Shown piece by piece: positions 41,946 to 50,766 of a DNA stretch of 64,000 nucleotides (the stretch's first letter is position 1; each line of letters opens with the position of its first letter). Source of the DNA: an uncultured Leptospirales bacterium. GTDB lineage: Bacteria; Spirochaetota; UBA4802; UBA5368. The notes beneath the pieces are model-generated. The model had not been told where the DNA came from. It was given only the letters and a program-made list of their open reading frames with translations, and did not search any database. The stretch is taken from positions 1,280 through 65,279 of the forward strand of contig CAZUXY010000019.1 of the NCBI GenBank assembly GCA_964624235.1. Direction: 5' to 3'. The position numbers and the translations under genes are program-made.

Positions 41946-42026
41946 CGCATGAAGGCGCGAATCCTCTTTCGTACGCGGCGGTATTCGAAGCCGCGGGGTG
42001 ATAACCTCTCATTGTGTACATAAAAA

Positions 42027-42395
42027 CTATCGCGCCGCCAGGGCGTTGTCGATCAGGCCGTCGACCCTTTCATAGGAAAACGCCACAGGCACCACATAGG
42101 GAGGCGTGGCGCTTACCGCCTGTTTGTCGAACACCGCGCCGTAGGCGCCTTCGACCTGCCTGCTGATGAAGGCATACATCTCGGTTTCAGGCGGCTTTCC
42201 CGGCGTGTCGAGCACCATCACCAGCGCAACCGCCAGGCTTGCCAGGGCGGTCGCCAGGCCTCCCGCCATCAGCCTTACGCGGAATGTTTTGCGCTTCCGC
42301 TCCATGACCCTGCCGGCCATCTCGAAGTTCCAGCCGTCGCTCTCCAGGCGCCGCCGGATCTCTTCCATCATTTTATTGTTGTCGGTTGCCGTCAT
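42027..42395 (-). CDS. putative anti-sigma factor (single-pass membrane protein)
   Basis: 122 aa with a cytoplasmic N-terminus, one transmembrane segment (LMAGGLATALASLAVALVMVL) and a periplasmic C-terminus. Overlaps the stop of the upstream ECF sigma gene by 4 nt. Confidence 0.5.
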   Translation of the reverse strand: MTATDNNKMMEEIRRRLESDGWNFEMAGRVMERKRKTFRVRLMAGGLATALASLAVALVMVLDTPGKPPETEMYAFISRQVEGAYGAVFDKQAVSATPPYVVPVAFSYERVDGLIDNALAAR

Positions 42396-42916
42396 TTTTC
42401 CCTGCCTCCTTCAATCATTCGTGCGAGCATCTCCTTACCCCGGGATATCCTCGACTTCACGGTGCCTCCGCGGATGGAGAGTTTCCGGGCGATCTCCTTT
42501 TCGGGATACCCCTGCAGGAGCAGTTCGAAAACATCCTGGTATTTTGCGGGAAGCCGGCCTATTGACCGCTTCATGGTCTCCAGTTTTTCCACATCTCTGT
42601 CATCCGCTGCGTCCCCGGCCGGCATTTCGTAATCATGCGCCATTTCTCCGGCGACCTTCATGGATTTCTCCTCTTCCCTCACGAGTTTCTTCATCATCCT
42701 GAGGGACTCGTTCCGGGCGATCCTGTATAGCCATGACGAGAGGGCCGCCTCCCCACGGAACGAATTGTTCACCAGTCCCCGGTACGCCCGGATATAGGTT
42801 TCCTGGACCACGTCGTCGATGACGTAATAGAACCTCCCGGCGAGGGTGTTACCGATCGCCGACAATACCACTCCCTTGGTGTCCCTGATGATTTCCGCGA
42901 ATTCGCGTTCCGTCAT
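42392..42916 (-). CDS. ECF-subfamily RNA polymerase sigma-70 factor
   Basis: Region 2 (YRIARNESLR, ETYIRAYRGL) and region 4 HTH (GYPEKEIARKLSIRGGTVKSRISRGKEML). Confidence 0.8.
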   Translation of the reverse strand: MTEREFAEIIRDTKGVVLSAIGNTLAGRFYYVIDDVVQETYIRAYRGLVNNSFRGEAALSSWLYRIARNESLRMMKKLVREEEKSMKVAGEMAHDYEMPAGDAADDRDVEKLETMKRSIGRLPAKYQDVFELLLQGYPEKEIARKLSIRGGTVKSRISRGKEMLARMIEGGREK

Positions 42917-42969
42917 GGCCGCCTGCCGATAGTAAGGTCCGTTCCGCTGTTCCTGTTCCGCACTTCCCT

Positions 42970-43473
42970 TTATTTTTCGGGATAAGGACAGTGTTTTCTC
43001 ATTTCGCGCTTTTCCCGCCGCAGTTTTTCCCGCTGCCCGGGGGTAAGGGTGTTTTCGATATCCAGATGGTGTTTGATCTTCAGAAGCTTTATCTCCACGT
43101 CGATTTCGGATATCTGTTTCAGGATATTTCTGACCTCCGCCAGGTCCACCTTCTTCTCTAAAAGCATTTTCTGGAGCCGTACATGCAGCGGCGACAGCTT
43201 ATCGTGGAAACCGCGGAATTTACCATAATACGACTCGTTGATAATTCCTATTTGTTTGACCTGCGCATCGGTCAATCCCAGTGGTCCCTTCAGCGAATCG
43301 GGATCGCCGAAGAACCTCCCCGGAACGACATGTTCACCCATTCTTCCATGATGTCCCTCGACGGGCCCTCTCACCCCCTTCCCCCTGCCGGGTCCCCGCT
43401 GGGCATTAGCGGCAACCGTCATTGAAAAAATCACGGTGAAAATTGCCGTTAACAGGATAACTCTTTTCATCAT
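42970..43473 (-). CDS. periplasmic Spy/CpxP-like protein (LTXXQ motif family)
   Basis: GGAGGA ribosome-binding site 5 nt before the ATG at 43473. Signal peptide MMKRVILLTAIFTVIFSMTVAANA. Two LTxxQ motifs (LTDAQ, LTPGQ) in a helical protein. It is the first gene of the sigma/anti-sigma operon. Confidence 0.6.
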   Translation of the reverse strand: MMKRVILLTAIFTVIFSMTVAANAQRGPGRGKGVRGPVEGHHGRMGEHVVPGRFFGDPDSLKGPLGLTDAQVKQIGIINESYYGKFRGFHDKLSPLHVRLQKMLLEKKVDLAEVRNILKQISEIDVEIKLLKIKHHLDIENTLTPGQREKLRREKREMRKHCPYPEK

Positions 43474-43502
43474 CAGTTTCCTCCGACTCACCTTAGTGAC
43501 GG

Positions 43503-43531
43503 TAAGACCCGGTTGCTGGCGCCATGGTTCC
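43503..43531 (-). promoter_or_regulatory. ECF (sigmaE-type) promoter candidate: GGAACC-N17-GTCTTA
   Basis: The minus strand reads GGAACC atggcgccagcaaccgg GTCTTA, ending about 25 nt upstream of the Spy-like gene ATG. This matches the GGAAC(tt)-N16-17-GTCtaA consensus of autoregulated ECF sigma operons. Confidence 0.4.
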
Positions 43532-43732
43532 ACTTTTTCGCGGGCTTATCGGTAATTTTATTCCTTTTTCGTCTTTTTGCAAGAGGGATTTCCGACGCTT
43601 ACCGGATTATCCGGCCCTGATTTTTTACCGTTATCCGGCGTCTCCTCCTCCGCCGAAAAAATGTGTTGAATAAAGCCGGTAACGTTTCAATCTGGACTAT
43701 CGTCTGTCATCATTCATATGTGGGACACCGCC

Positions 43733-44893
43733 ATGAACCATCTTATCATCGGAAACGGTATCGCAGGAATCGAAGCCGCCCTTACGATCCGCAAAAACGA
43801 TCCGGAAAGCGGTATCCGCGTACTTTCGGCCTCACGACACCCGCACTATTACCGGCCCCGCCTGATCGAGTATCTCGCCGGTGAGACGCCGCTGGAAAAG
43901 CTGATTACCCATAAAGATGACTTTTACTCGAAAAACCGCATTGAAACCACCCTGGGCACCATGGTCGAGCGTATCATCCCCGGAGAAAACCGCGTGATCG
44001 ATTCAGCCGGGAATTCCTATTCATACGACACTCTGCTGCTCGCCACCGGCGCATCCCCCTTTCTCCTCCCTTTCAGGGGAAACGACCTGGAGGGCGTCTA
44101 CACCCTGCGGGGTATTACCGATGCCGACAGGATAAAAGCGCGCTGCGGCATACCCGGGCACGTCGTGGTGATCGGCGGAGGCCTGCTGGGACTTGAAACG
44201 GCGTACAGCCTGACCAGGCTCGGCAACAGGGTAACGGTGGTTGAATACTGCCGCCGGCTGCTCCCGCGCCAGCTTGACGATGAGGGAGGAGCGGTCCTCC
44301 TCAAAATGCTTGTCGACAAGGGGATTTCGTTCATCCTTGACGATTCCGTCCTTTCGGTCGACGGCAGCGTCAGGGCCGAGTCCATTTCACTGAAATCTGG
44401 TAATACGCTTCCCATCGATGCGGTGATCGTTTCGGCGGGCATCCGGTGCCGTACCGACCTGGCGGCGCGGGCGGGTCTCGCGACAGCCGGCGGCGTCATT
44501 GTGGATGATTACCTGCGCACCTCGGTGAACAACATCTACGCCGCCGGCGACCCGGCCGAGCACAAAGGAAAGCTCTACGGGATCTGGCCCGCCTCTCGGG
44601 AACAGGGCCGGGTCGCGGGTCTCAACATGGCGGGAATCGAAACCCGTTATTCGGGGACACTGCCGTCCAATACACTGAAGATCACCGGTATAGACCTGTA
44701 TTCGGCGGGGGATTTCAACGCGACGGATTGCGAGGTGCTGGTGCAGGGCGATAACGCCGGATACCGGAAATTCCTGCTTAATAAGGACCATCCGCGGGGG
44801 GCCATCGTACTGGGAGACCGAGAGGCGGTCAAAACGGCCCAAAGGGTGCTCGAGGGAAAGGCAGATCCTGAAGAATTCAAGAGGTTTTTTTAA
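43733..44893 (+). CDS. FAD-dependent pyridine nucleotide-disulfide oxidoreductase (rubredoxin reductase / NirB small-subunit-like)
   Basis: Two Rossmann dinucleotide-binding motifs (IIGNGIAGIEAA, VVIGGGLLGLETA) and the YAAGD FAD motif; 386 aa from the ATG at 43733. Confidence 0.75.
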   Translation: MNHLIIGNGIAGIEAALTIRKNDPESGIRVLSASRHPHYYRPRLIEYLAGETPLEKLITHKDDFYSKNRIETTLGTMVERIIPGENRVIDSAGNSYSYDTLLLATGASPFLLPFRGNDLEGVYTLRGITDADRIKARCGIPGHVVVIGGGLLGLETAYSLTRLGNRVTVVEYCRRLLPRQLDDEGGAVLLKMLVDKGISFILDDSVLSVDGSVRAESISLKSGNTLPIDAVIVSAGIRCRTDLAARAGLATAGGVIVDDYLRTSVNNIYAAGDPAEHKGKLYGIWPASREQGRVAGLNMAGIETRYSGTLPSNTLKITGIDLYSAGDFNATDCEVLVQGDNAGYRKFLLNKDHPRGAIVLGDREAVKTAQRVLEGKADPEEFKRFF

Positions 44894-44908
44894 TACTATA
44901 TCCGTTGA

Positions 44909-45250
44909 TCAGAGCGGCGCAGGGAAAAAACCTTCGGCACACCAATCGCTTACGTCATATAATATTTTTAGAATGTGTACCAGTTCGACCCTGTTGCCGA
45001 TCTGCAGCTTCCCCTATACGCTCAGCAGGTGGGATTTCACCGTTCTTTCGGTTATGTTCAGTCTCCGGGCGATGTCGCGGTGGTGAATCCCGGTCGCCGG
45101 CAGCCTGATGAAGTCCGGTTCCCTCTCGGTGATTGTATAGTCGGCGGCGAACTCCTCCATCCCCTTCAGTTCCTGCCCTATAACCAGCATGCCTGTGCGG
45201 TCATCGTACAGGGGCATTTTTTTACAGGCAGTTATATCGCACCATATCAA
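44909..45250 (-). pseudogene. LuxR/GerE-type HTH regulator interrupted by an in-frame TAG inside the HTH
   Basis: The 78-aa ORF ends ...DIARRLNITERTVKSHLLSV at TAG (45016..45014). The same frame continues GKLQIGNRVELVHILKILYDVSDWCAEGFFPAPL to a TGA at 44911..44909. Joined, it reads HLLSV[TAG]GKLQIGNRVELV, where LuxR HTHs have a conserved Tyr (HLxNIYxKLGVxNRxEAV). Confidence 0.5.
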
Positions 45251-45287
45251 GCATAAAAGTGACGTCGGATGTAATACTCCTGCAAAA

Positions 45288-46439
45288 TCACCTATTCCCT
45301 TTTTCCTTAAAATACCGTTCTATCCTGTCCATCCCCTCCCGTATGTTCTCCAGGGAATTGGCATAGCTGAAACGCAGAAACCCCTCGCCCCCCGAACCGA
45401 AATCGACACCGGGAGTCACCCCCACCTTCGCCTTCTCGACAATATTGAACGCCTCCCGGTATGAATCGCTGAACAGGCCCCGGCCGTCGGCGAACACGTA
45501 GAACGCGCCGGTGGGCTCGGTGTGTATGGTGAATCCGATCTCGCGCAGGCGCCTGATCATGAACACCCGCCGCTCGTCATAGACCGCACGCATACGCTCC
45601 ACGTCGGGACGGGCGCGTTCCAGGGCGGCGATGCCTGCCCACTGCACGAAGCTGTTGGCCGAGATCATGAAATTCTGGTGTATCCGCTGCATGGCCCCGT
45701 AGAATTCTTTCGGGAAGATGATGTATCCCAGCCGCCAGCCGGTCATGGCGTACAGCTTCGAGAACCCGTTGACGACAAAGGCCTTTTCGGTGAATTCCAG
45801 TATGGACCGGGCACGCCCGCGGTACACCAGGCCGTGGTAGATCTCATCGGAGATGATGTGGCAATCGTCGAACCCGGCGACGTCTTTCAGGTTCTCATCG
45901 GTCATGACGATACCCGTGGGATTGCAGGGAGAATTAATGATTATGGCCATGGTGCGCGGCGTGAGGGCCTTTTTAATTTCATCCGGGCGGTACTGGAAAC
46001 CCTCCTCGGCGCGGGTTCGCACCTCGACGGGCACCCCTCCGACAGTATGGATAAAATTGGGGTAACAGGCGTAGTGAGGGTTCGATATAATCACCTCGTC
46101 TCCGGGATCGAGCAGCGCCAGCATCATGAAAAGCATGCCGGGGGAAGTGCCCGAGGTCACCATCACCCTGTCCGGCGTCAGGGTCACTCCGTATTCGCTC
46201 TTGTAATACCCGCAGATCGTCTCGCGCAGTTCCAGGAGCCCCATGGCATGGGTGTAATGGGTCCTGCCCTTATTCAGGGACTCGAGGGCGGCTTCGTTTA
46301 TGCAGGCGGGCGTGTCGAAATCGGGCTCGCCCACCTCCAGGTGCACCATGTGCTCACCGGCGCGCTCCAACTCCTCGGCCCGGGCCATAACATCCATCAC
46401 GATGAAGGGTTTTACTTCACGGGCTTTTTTCGATATCAT
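45288..46439 (-). CDS. pyridoxal-phosphate-dependent aminotransferase, class I (aspartate aminotransferase family)
   Basis: PLP-lysine region VVNGFSKLYAMTGWRLGY and a class-I fold pattern throughout; 383 aa. Confidence 0.85.
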   Translation of the reverse strand: MISKKAREVKPFIVMDVMARAEELERAGEHMVHLEVGEPDFDTPACINEAALESLNKGRTHYTHAMGLLELRETICGYYKSEYGVTLTPDRVMVTSGTSPGMLFMMLALLDPGDEVIISNPHYACYPNFIHTVGGVPVEVRTRAEEGFQYRPDEIKKALTPRTMAIIINSPCNPTGIVMTDENLKDVAGFDDCHIISDEIYHGLVYRGRARSILEFTEKAFVVNGFSKLYAMTGWRLGYIIFPKEFYGAMQRIHQNFMISANSFVQWAGIAALERARPDVERMRAVYDERRVFMIRRLREIGFTIHTEPTGAFYVFADGRGLFSDSYREAFNIVEKAKVGVTPGVDFGSGGEGFLRFSYANSLENIREGMDRIERYFKEKGNR

Positions 46440-46480
46440 TCCTCAAAACCGCCGTTACTTGATCTATCATGCATGGGTTT

Positions 46481-46596
46481 GCCACAGAAGCGCAGAGACA
46501 CAGAGTTTCCTTTAAAATATTTGAAATGTACCTTTCGATTGACTTTCGATTTATGAATTTATATCGATTTTCTCCGTGACTCTGCGTCTCTGTGGC
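46481..46596. repeat. imperfect 25-bp inverted repeat flanking a 66-bp AT-rich spacer with short tandem TTTCGATT-like repeats
   Basis: Left arm GCCACAGAAGCGCAGAGACACAGAG at 46481-46505; right arm CTCCGTGACTCTGCGTCTCTGTGGC at 46572-46596, with 21 of 25 positions complementary. The spacer contains tttcgattgac / tttcgatttatg / atatcgatttt. Intergenic, between two minus-strand genes. Confidence 0.5.
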
Positions 46597-46621
46597 TGAT
46601 TTTGATAAGTATATAACCGGC

Positions 46622-47647
46622 TCATTTCCTTGTTTTTAATACCAGATAACATACCACAGCGATAAATCCGCTGGCGATGAAATTTATAATATGATAGCCG
46701 AAGGCCGTGGTAATGGCGTCCTGACGTTCCATGCCCGCGAGCATGTATCCTCCCGCCCAGCCTGCCTCCAGTGTGCCGAAACTGCCGAAGCTGTTGATGG
46801 GCAGCACATTGGCCAGCACCTGTCCCGTCGAGCCGGCGATGGAAAGCAGAAAATTTATTTCCACATTGTACGCCAGAATGGTCACGTAGGCGAAGACGTA
46901 CAGCACCGCCCAGACCAGGATGCTCGTAAACACCAGCACCGGTACTTCCCTCAGGGTGTCGTACTCAACGAACTCACTCACCACCGGCTCCATCTTCTCG
47001 TTGAATTTGACCGTCAGTTTCTTTTTGTCCAGCCGCAACGCCCGCATCACCAGGTTGAAAAAGTCCATACTCCACCTGATGATCCATTTAAGATACAGCA
47101 GCACGATGATGGAAAAAACCAGAAAGCCGATCCCCGCGGCGATAAGGGCGGGAGAGGTGTTTCTGCCGTAATAGAGGGCCACCGATCCCACGAAGAATGC
47201 CGCGACGATGATGAAGTCGTAGATGCGGGTCACCAGCAGCACGTGCAGTCCCTTGGATATTTTCGCGTTGCCGATGGTTTTAAGATAATACACCAGGGTG
47301 AGTTCCCCCGTGCGGGCGGGCAGTATCTGGTTGTAGAAATTCTGATAGCTGGTGACGGCGAACATGGTGAAGAGGCCGATATCCAGGTGCCTCAGCATGG
47401 CGCGATAACGGAGCGCTTTGCACAGGTTTGAAAGGAAGTACACCGCACAGGCGATAAGCGCCATCCACGGATTGGCGTTCTTGAACGAGTTCAACGCTTC
47501 TTTGAGGTCGAGCTTCCACAGAAGCAAGGCCACCAGCACGACCGACACAATGAGGAAAACCATCGTTCGGACATTCAGGGTCCGCTTTCTGTTTCCCGCG
47601 GCCTGGCCCCCTCCTGCATCTTGTAGAGTATCGCCGGTATTCATCAC
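46622..47647 (-). CDS. UPF0104 / lysylphosphatidylglycerol-synthase-TM-like (flippase-like) integral membrane protein
   Basis: 341 aa with about 8 transmembrane helices in the pattern of MprF-TM/UPF0104 proteins, which commonly accompany GT2 glycosyltransferases; directly downstream of a GT2 gene. Confidence 0.55.
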   Translation of the reverse strand: MMNTGDTLQDAGGGQAAGNRKRTLNVRTMVFLIVSVVLVALLLWKLDLKEALNSFKNANPWMALIACAVYFLSNLCKALRYRAMLRHLDIGLFTMFAVTSYQNFYNQILPARTGELTLVYYLKTIGNAKISKGLHVLLVTRIYDFIIVAAFFVGSVALYYGRNTSPALIAAGIGFLVFSIIVLLYLKWIIRWSMDFFNLVMRALRLDKKKLTVKFNEKMEPVVSEFVEYDTLREVPVLVFTSILVWAVLYVFAYVTILAYNVEINFLLSIAGSTGQVLANVLPINSFGSFGTLEAGWAGGYMLAGMERQDAITTAFGYHIINFIASGFIAVVCYLVLKTRK

Positions 47648-47695
47648 CTGGTTCCCATCACAAACGGTACGGTATGGAAAATATGCTCAATATCA

Positions 47696-48619
47696 TCAGC
47701 GGTTGCGGATGTTTTTCACGATCAGTTCCGCCAGCAGCCCGAAGAAAGAGGTCTGCAGGCCGAACAGCACCAGGCCCAGCACCAGGTTTACGTGATCGAC
47801 CGGTTTGGGGAGGTACCCGTACAGGAACAGCGTAACCTCCGCAAGGAAGAGCAGCGTTCCCGCACTGAGGAACACCAGTCCCAGCGTGCCGAAGATCCTC
47901 ATGGGCTTCACCGACACCAGCACGATAAGTATCTGGTAAAAGACCTTGAAGGGGTACTTCATTGACACAAAGGATTTTCCCGTCACCCGTTTTCTGAACC
48001 GCACCGGCACCTGTGCGAAACGCATGCCCTTGTGGTACGAATCGAGCAGTATCTGCTGGGTGTAATTGTAGTCCCCCGGCAGGTTGAACACCTCGAGATA
48101 GTCCCGGTTGATCGCGAAGATACCCGGCTGGCTGTCCTTCACAGGCCATCCGGTGAGGAATTTCATCAGGCGCGTGAATACGATATTCCCCAGACGTCGC
48201 ACCAGGGGCATGGCATACTCGATGCGCTCAAAACGGTCGCCGTAGACCACGTCGGCCTCGTCGTCCAGAATGGGTCTGATGAGGGAGGGGATGTCTTCAG
48301 GATCGTGCTGAAGGTCGGCGTCGAATTTGACCACGATATCGGCGCCGTACCGGCGGGCGCCCATGAGACCGCTCCTGATGGCGGCACCCAGTCCCTGGTT
48401 CACCTTATGAATGACGACACGGTCGGCCCCCGCCTTTCGGGCCATAGCCCGGGTGTCGTCGGTCGAGCCGTCGTCTACCACCAGGATTTTCAGGTCCACG
48501 CCTTGTTTCGCAACGGTTTTGTTTATGGAGTTCAAAGCGTGCACGGTCTCCGTGATCCTTTCCGCCTCGTTATAGGCGGGGATAACGACGAAGAGTGTGT
48601 GTGTATTCGCTTTTTTCAT
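47696..48619 (-). CDS. family 2 glycosyltransferase, polyprenol-phosphate sugar synthase type (DPM1/GtrB/ArnC-like) with C-terminal TM helices
   Basis: FVVIPAYNEAERI, VVDDGSTDDT and DADLQHDP motifs; two C-terminal transmembrane helices. Confidence 0.8.
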   Translation of the reverse strand: MKKANTHTLFVVIPAYNEAERITETVHALNSINKTVAKQGVDLKILVVDDGSTDDTRAMARKAGADRVVIHKVNQGLGAAIRSGLMGARRYGADIVVKFDADLQHDPEDIPSLIRPILDDEADVVYGDRFERIEYAMPLVRRLGNIVFTRLMKFLTGWPVKDSQPGIFAINRDYLEVFNLPGDYNYTQQILLDSYHKGMRFAQVPVRFRKRVTGKSFVSMKYPFKVFYQILIVLVSVKPMRIFGTLGLVFLSAGTLLFLAEVTLFLYGYLPKPVDHVNLVLGLVLFGLQTSFFGLLAELIVKNIRNR

Positions 48620-48672
48620 TTCAGCAAAGCTCTCACGTATGAATTTCCGGTAATTTTCGTTTCCGTAAAACC

Positions 48673-50709
48673 TTATTTCCCTTCGGGATAGATCATTCTT
48701 TTCACCGCAAGGTTCCTCATGAACGTGAAGAATTCCTTCTGGTTGTCTTCAGTCCATCTTATTTGCGCAACGGCCGCGCGGTCTTTCGCGCTAATTCTCC
48801 CCATAATATACTCATCGTTTACCGTGTAATACGAGCTCACCGCCAGGGGATAGTCGGGTCTCTCAGACCAGATCGAAAGCCCTATAAAGGGATTCTCGAC
48901 ATCAATGTTCATCATGTCGAGGATGGTCGGAACGATATCGAGGTTGGTGCATACCGTGGTGTTGATTGTACCCTTCCACTTCCCGTTTCCGGGCAGGAAC
49001 ATGACGCAGGGGATAAAATCATAGCTGGTCTGCCTGAACCCGCGTTTCGATCCGAACAGCTCCATATACTGCATGCCCGGTCCCCTCGCGTGATCGGCCA
49101 CCACCACGATCATGGTGTTGTCATTGTAGGGCGATGCGCGCAGGTAGTCCCGGAACAGTCCGAACGCCTTGTCGGTGCCATAGAGTGTATTGAGTTCCTT
49201 GTTGCCGCGGGCGTTGGGATGTGAATGAAGCGGATCGAAGGGGGGATGCATGTCCAGGGTCGAAATGGTCAGCAGAAAGGGTTTTTTAAGCCGGTTTTCT
49301 TTCAGCATGGAGATCGCGAACAGAAAAACGTCCTCGTCACGAATCCCCCAGTCGCTTTTTCGCTTCCCCTTCGCGAAGGTCTGCAGTTCCAGGCTTTCCC
49401 ACGCGTAAAACCGTTCGTAATTCTGACGGTTGATGAAGGCGCTCTTCATCCCCACGAAGGTGCCGCTCCCTCCCTGCACATGCACCGAGGTGTAGCCGTG
49501 TTTCTTGAGCACATCGGAAATAAATAGAAAACGGCAGGGAATAGGCGGGCGGAAACCCTTCATTTTGTCTTCGTCTTTCAGTTTCTGCACACCCCGGATT
49601 TTTTCCACCAGGTAAAGGCTCGATCCCAAGGTGGCGATCATTCCGCGCAGGGTGGGGAAAGCGGCGTTATACATATTGGTAAAATAACAGCTTTCCTTTA
49701 TGAAGCGGTGAAGGTTCGGGGTAAGTCCCCTGATGCCGTGGATCTCCTCCTGCAGGTAAAACTGGCTGAGGGATTCGGCGAATATTATGATGATATTGGT
49801 GCCGGGTTTTACGACGGGTTTGAGGGGATTCTTCTTTCTGGCATCCAGGTATATGCTCTTTTTAATCAGGGGATAGCCTTCGCTCCCGGAAAACACGCGT
49901 ACACCGCATCTGGACAGTTTCTCAACGGTATCATCAGAGAGGACCGCTGTTTTCGGAGGTTCGGATGCGAAGGCATAGTCGATAAATGAACCTATCGCTT
50001 TTTTCTCGGGCAGTTCCGCGAACATCTGCGACCGGGCTTTCGCGTCATCCCCGGAGGGCATTATCATCACACCGGCGCTCAAAAGCGCCACAATCAGTAT
50101 ATACACGGTGACATTGGGAACCAGTATCCTGGAAAACCGTGGCGTGTTCCGTGAAAGCTCACCCTCGGCAACAGGATACTCATCGACGGCGTCCATGCGG
50201 AACCACAGGCGCTTAAGAATAAGTACAAACCCGATGGTGAAGAGCAGAAGGGTCCCGATCAGGAGGGCCGACGTGGGAGTGGCAACGAAGGTGGTGCCGT
50301 CCGAGTAGAACGCGTGAAACCAGAACTCGTTGTCGATATGCTGGCCCGCGAAATACAATGCCGCCCAGTCCATGGCCCGTAGCGCCGAAAAAACAAAAAA
50401 CAATACCCCGAGCGGGAACGTTATGGTTCTGTGACGATACTTTCTGCCCCGAAAAAACCGGAAGAGCCCCATAATGCCGGCGGTAACCAGCAGGGAGAAA
50501 ACCCCGTACCCAAAAAGGAGCACCAGCAGGTCGCCTGCGACGGCGCCGGCGTACGCGTAGGTGGCGATACCTATGATCGAAAAGTGCCATGCCATCAGGT
50601 ATAAAATCAGATACGAAGAGAGCATGCAGGGCGAAAGCACTTTCAACTTCATGCCGCGGTCCGCACGCATGAATGTCAGCAGATGTCCCATGAAACCGGT
50701 ATCTTTCAT
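48673..50709 (-). CDS. sulfatase-family (alkaline phosphatase superfamily) membrane transferase, LtaS/MdoB/EptA-like
   Basis: About 200 aa N-terminal with multiple transmembrane helices, followed by an extracytoplasmic sulfatase-like domain (NIIIIFAESL..., DMHPPFD, VVVADHARGPG). Confidence 0.7.
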   Translation of the reverse strand: MKDTGFMGHLLTFMRADRGMKLKVLSPCMLSSYLILYLMAWHFSIIGIATYAYAGAVAGDLLVLLFGYGVFSLLVTAGIMGLFRFFRGRKYRHRTITFPLGVLFFVFSALRAMDWAALYFAGQHIDNEFWFHAFYSDGTTFVATPTSALLIGTLLLFTIGFVLILKRLWFRMDAVDEYPVAEGELSRNTPRFSRILVPNVTVYILIVALLSAGVMIMPSGDDAKARSQMFAELPEKKAIGSFIDYAFASEPPKTAVLSDDTVEKLSRCGVRVFSGSEGYPLIKKSIYLDARKKNPLKPVVKPGTNIIIIFAESLSQFYLQEEIHGIRGLTPNLHRFIKESCYFTNMYNAAFPTLRGMIATLGSSLYLVEKIRGVQKLKDEDKMKGFRPPIPCRFLFISDVLKKHGYTSVHVQGGSGTFVGMKSAFINRQNYERFYAWESLELQTFAKGKRKSDWGIRDEDVFLFAISMLKENRLKKPFLLTISTLDMHPPFDPLHSHPNARGNKELNTLYGTDKAFGLFRDYLRASPYNDNTMIVVVADHARGPGMQYMELFGSKRGFRQTSYDFIPCVMFLPGNGKWKGTINTTVCTNLDIVPTILDMMNIDVENPFIGLSIWSERPDYPLAVSSYYTVNDEYIMGRISAKDRAAVAQIRWTEDNQKEFFTFMRNLAVKRMIYPEGK

Positions 50710-50766
50710 TCCTTCTCCAGTCGATACGCATCCGGTAAGATTTGTGATTGATGTAACACGGCGTGT

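Noticed and set aside
44909-45250. Possibility that the in-frame TAG reflects genome-wide amber reassignment or stop-codon recoding.
   Set aside because: TAG terminates other clearly complete genes in the window (recO at 696-698; the NHL/vWA gene at 14172-14174), so it behaves as a normal stop. A pseudogene or base-call error is more parsimonious.
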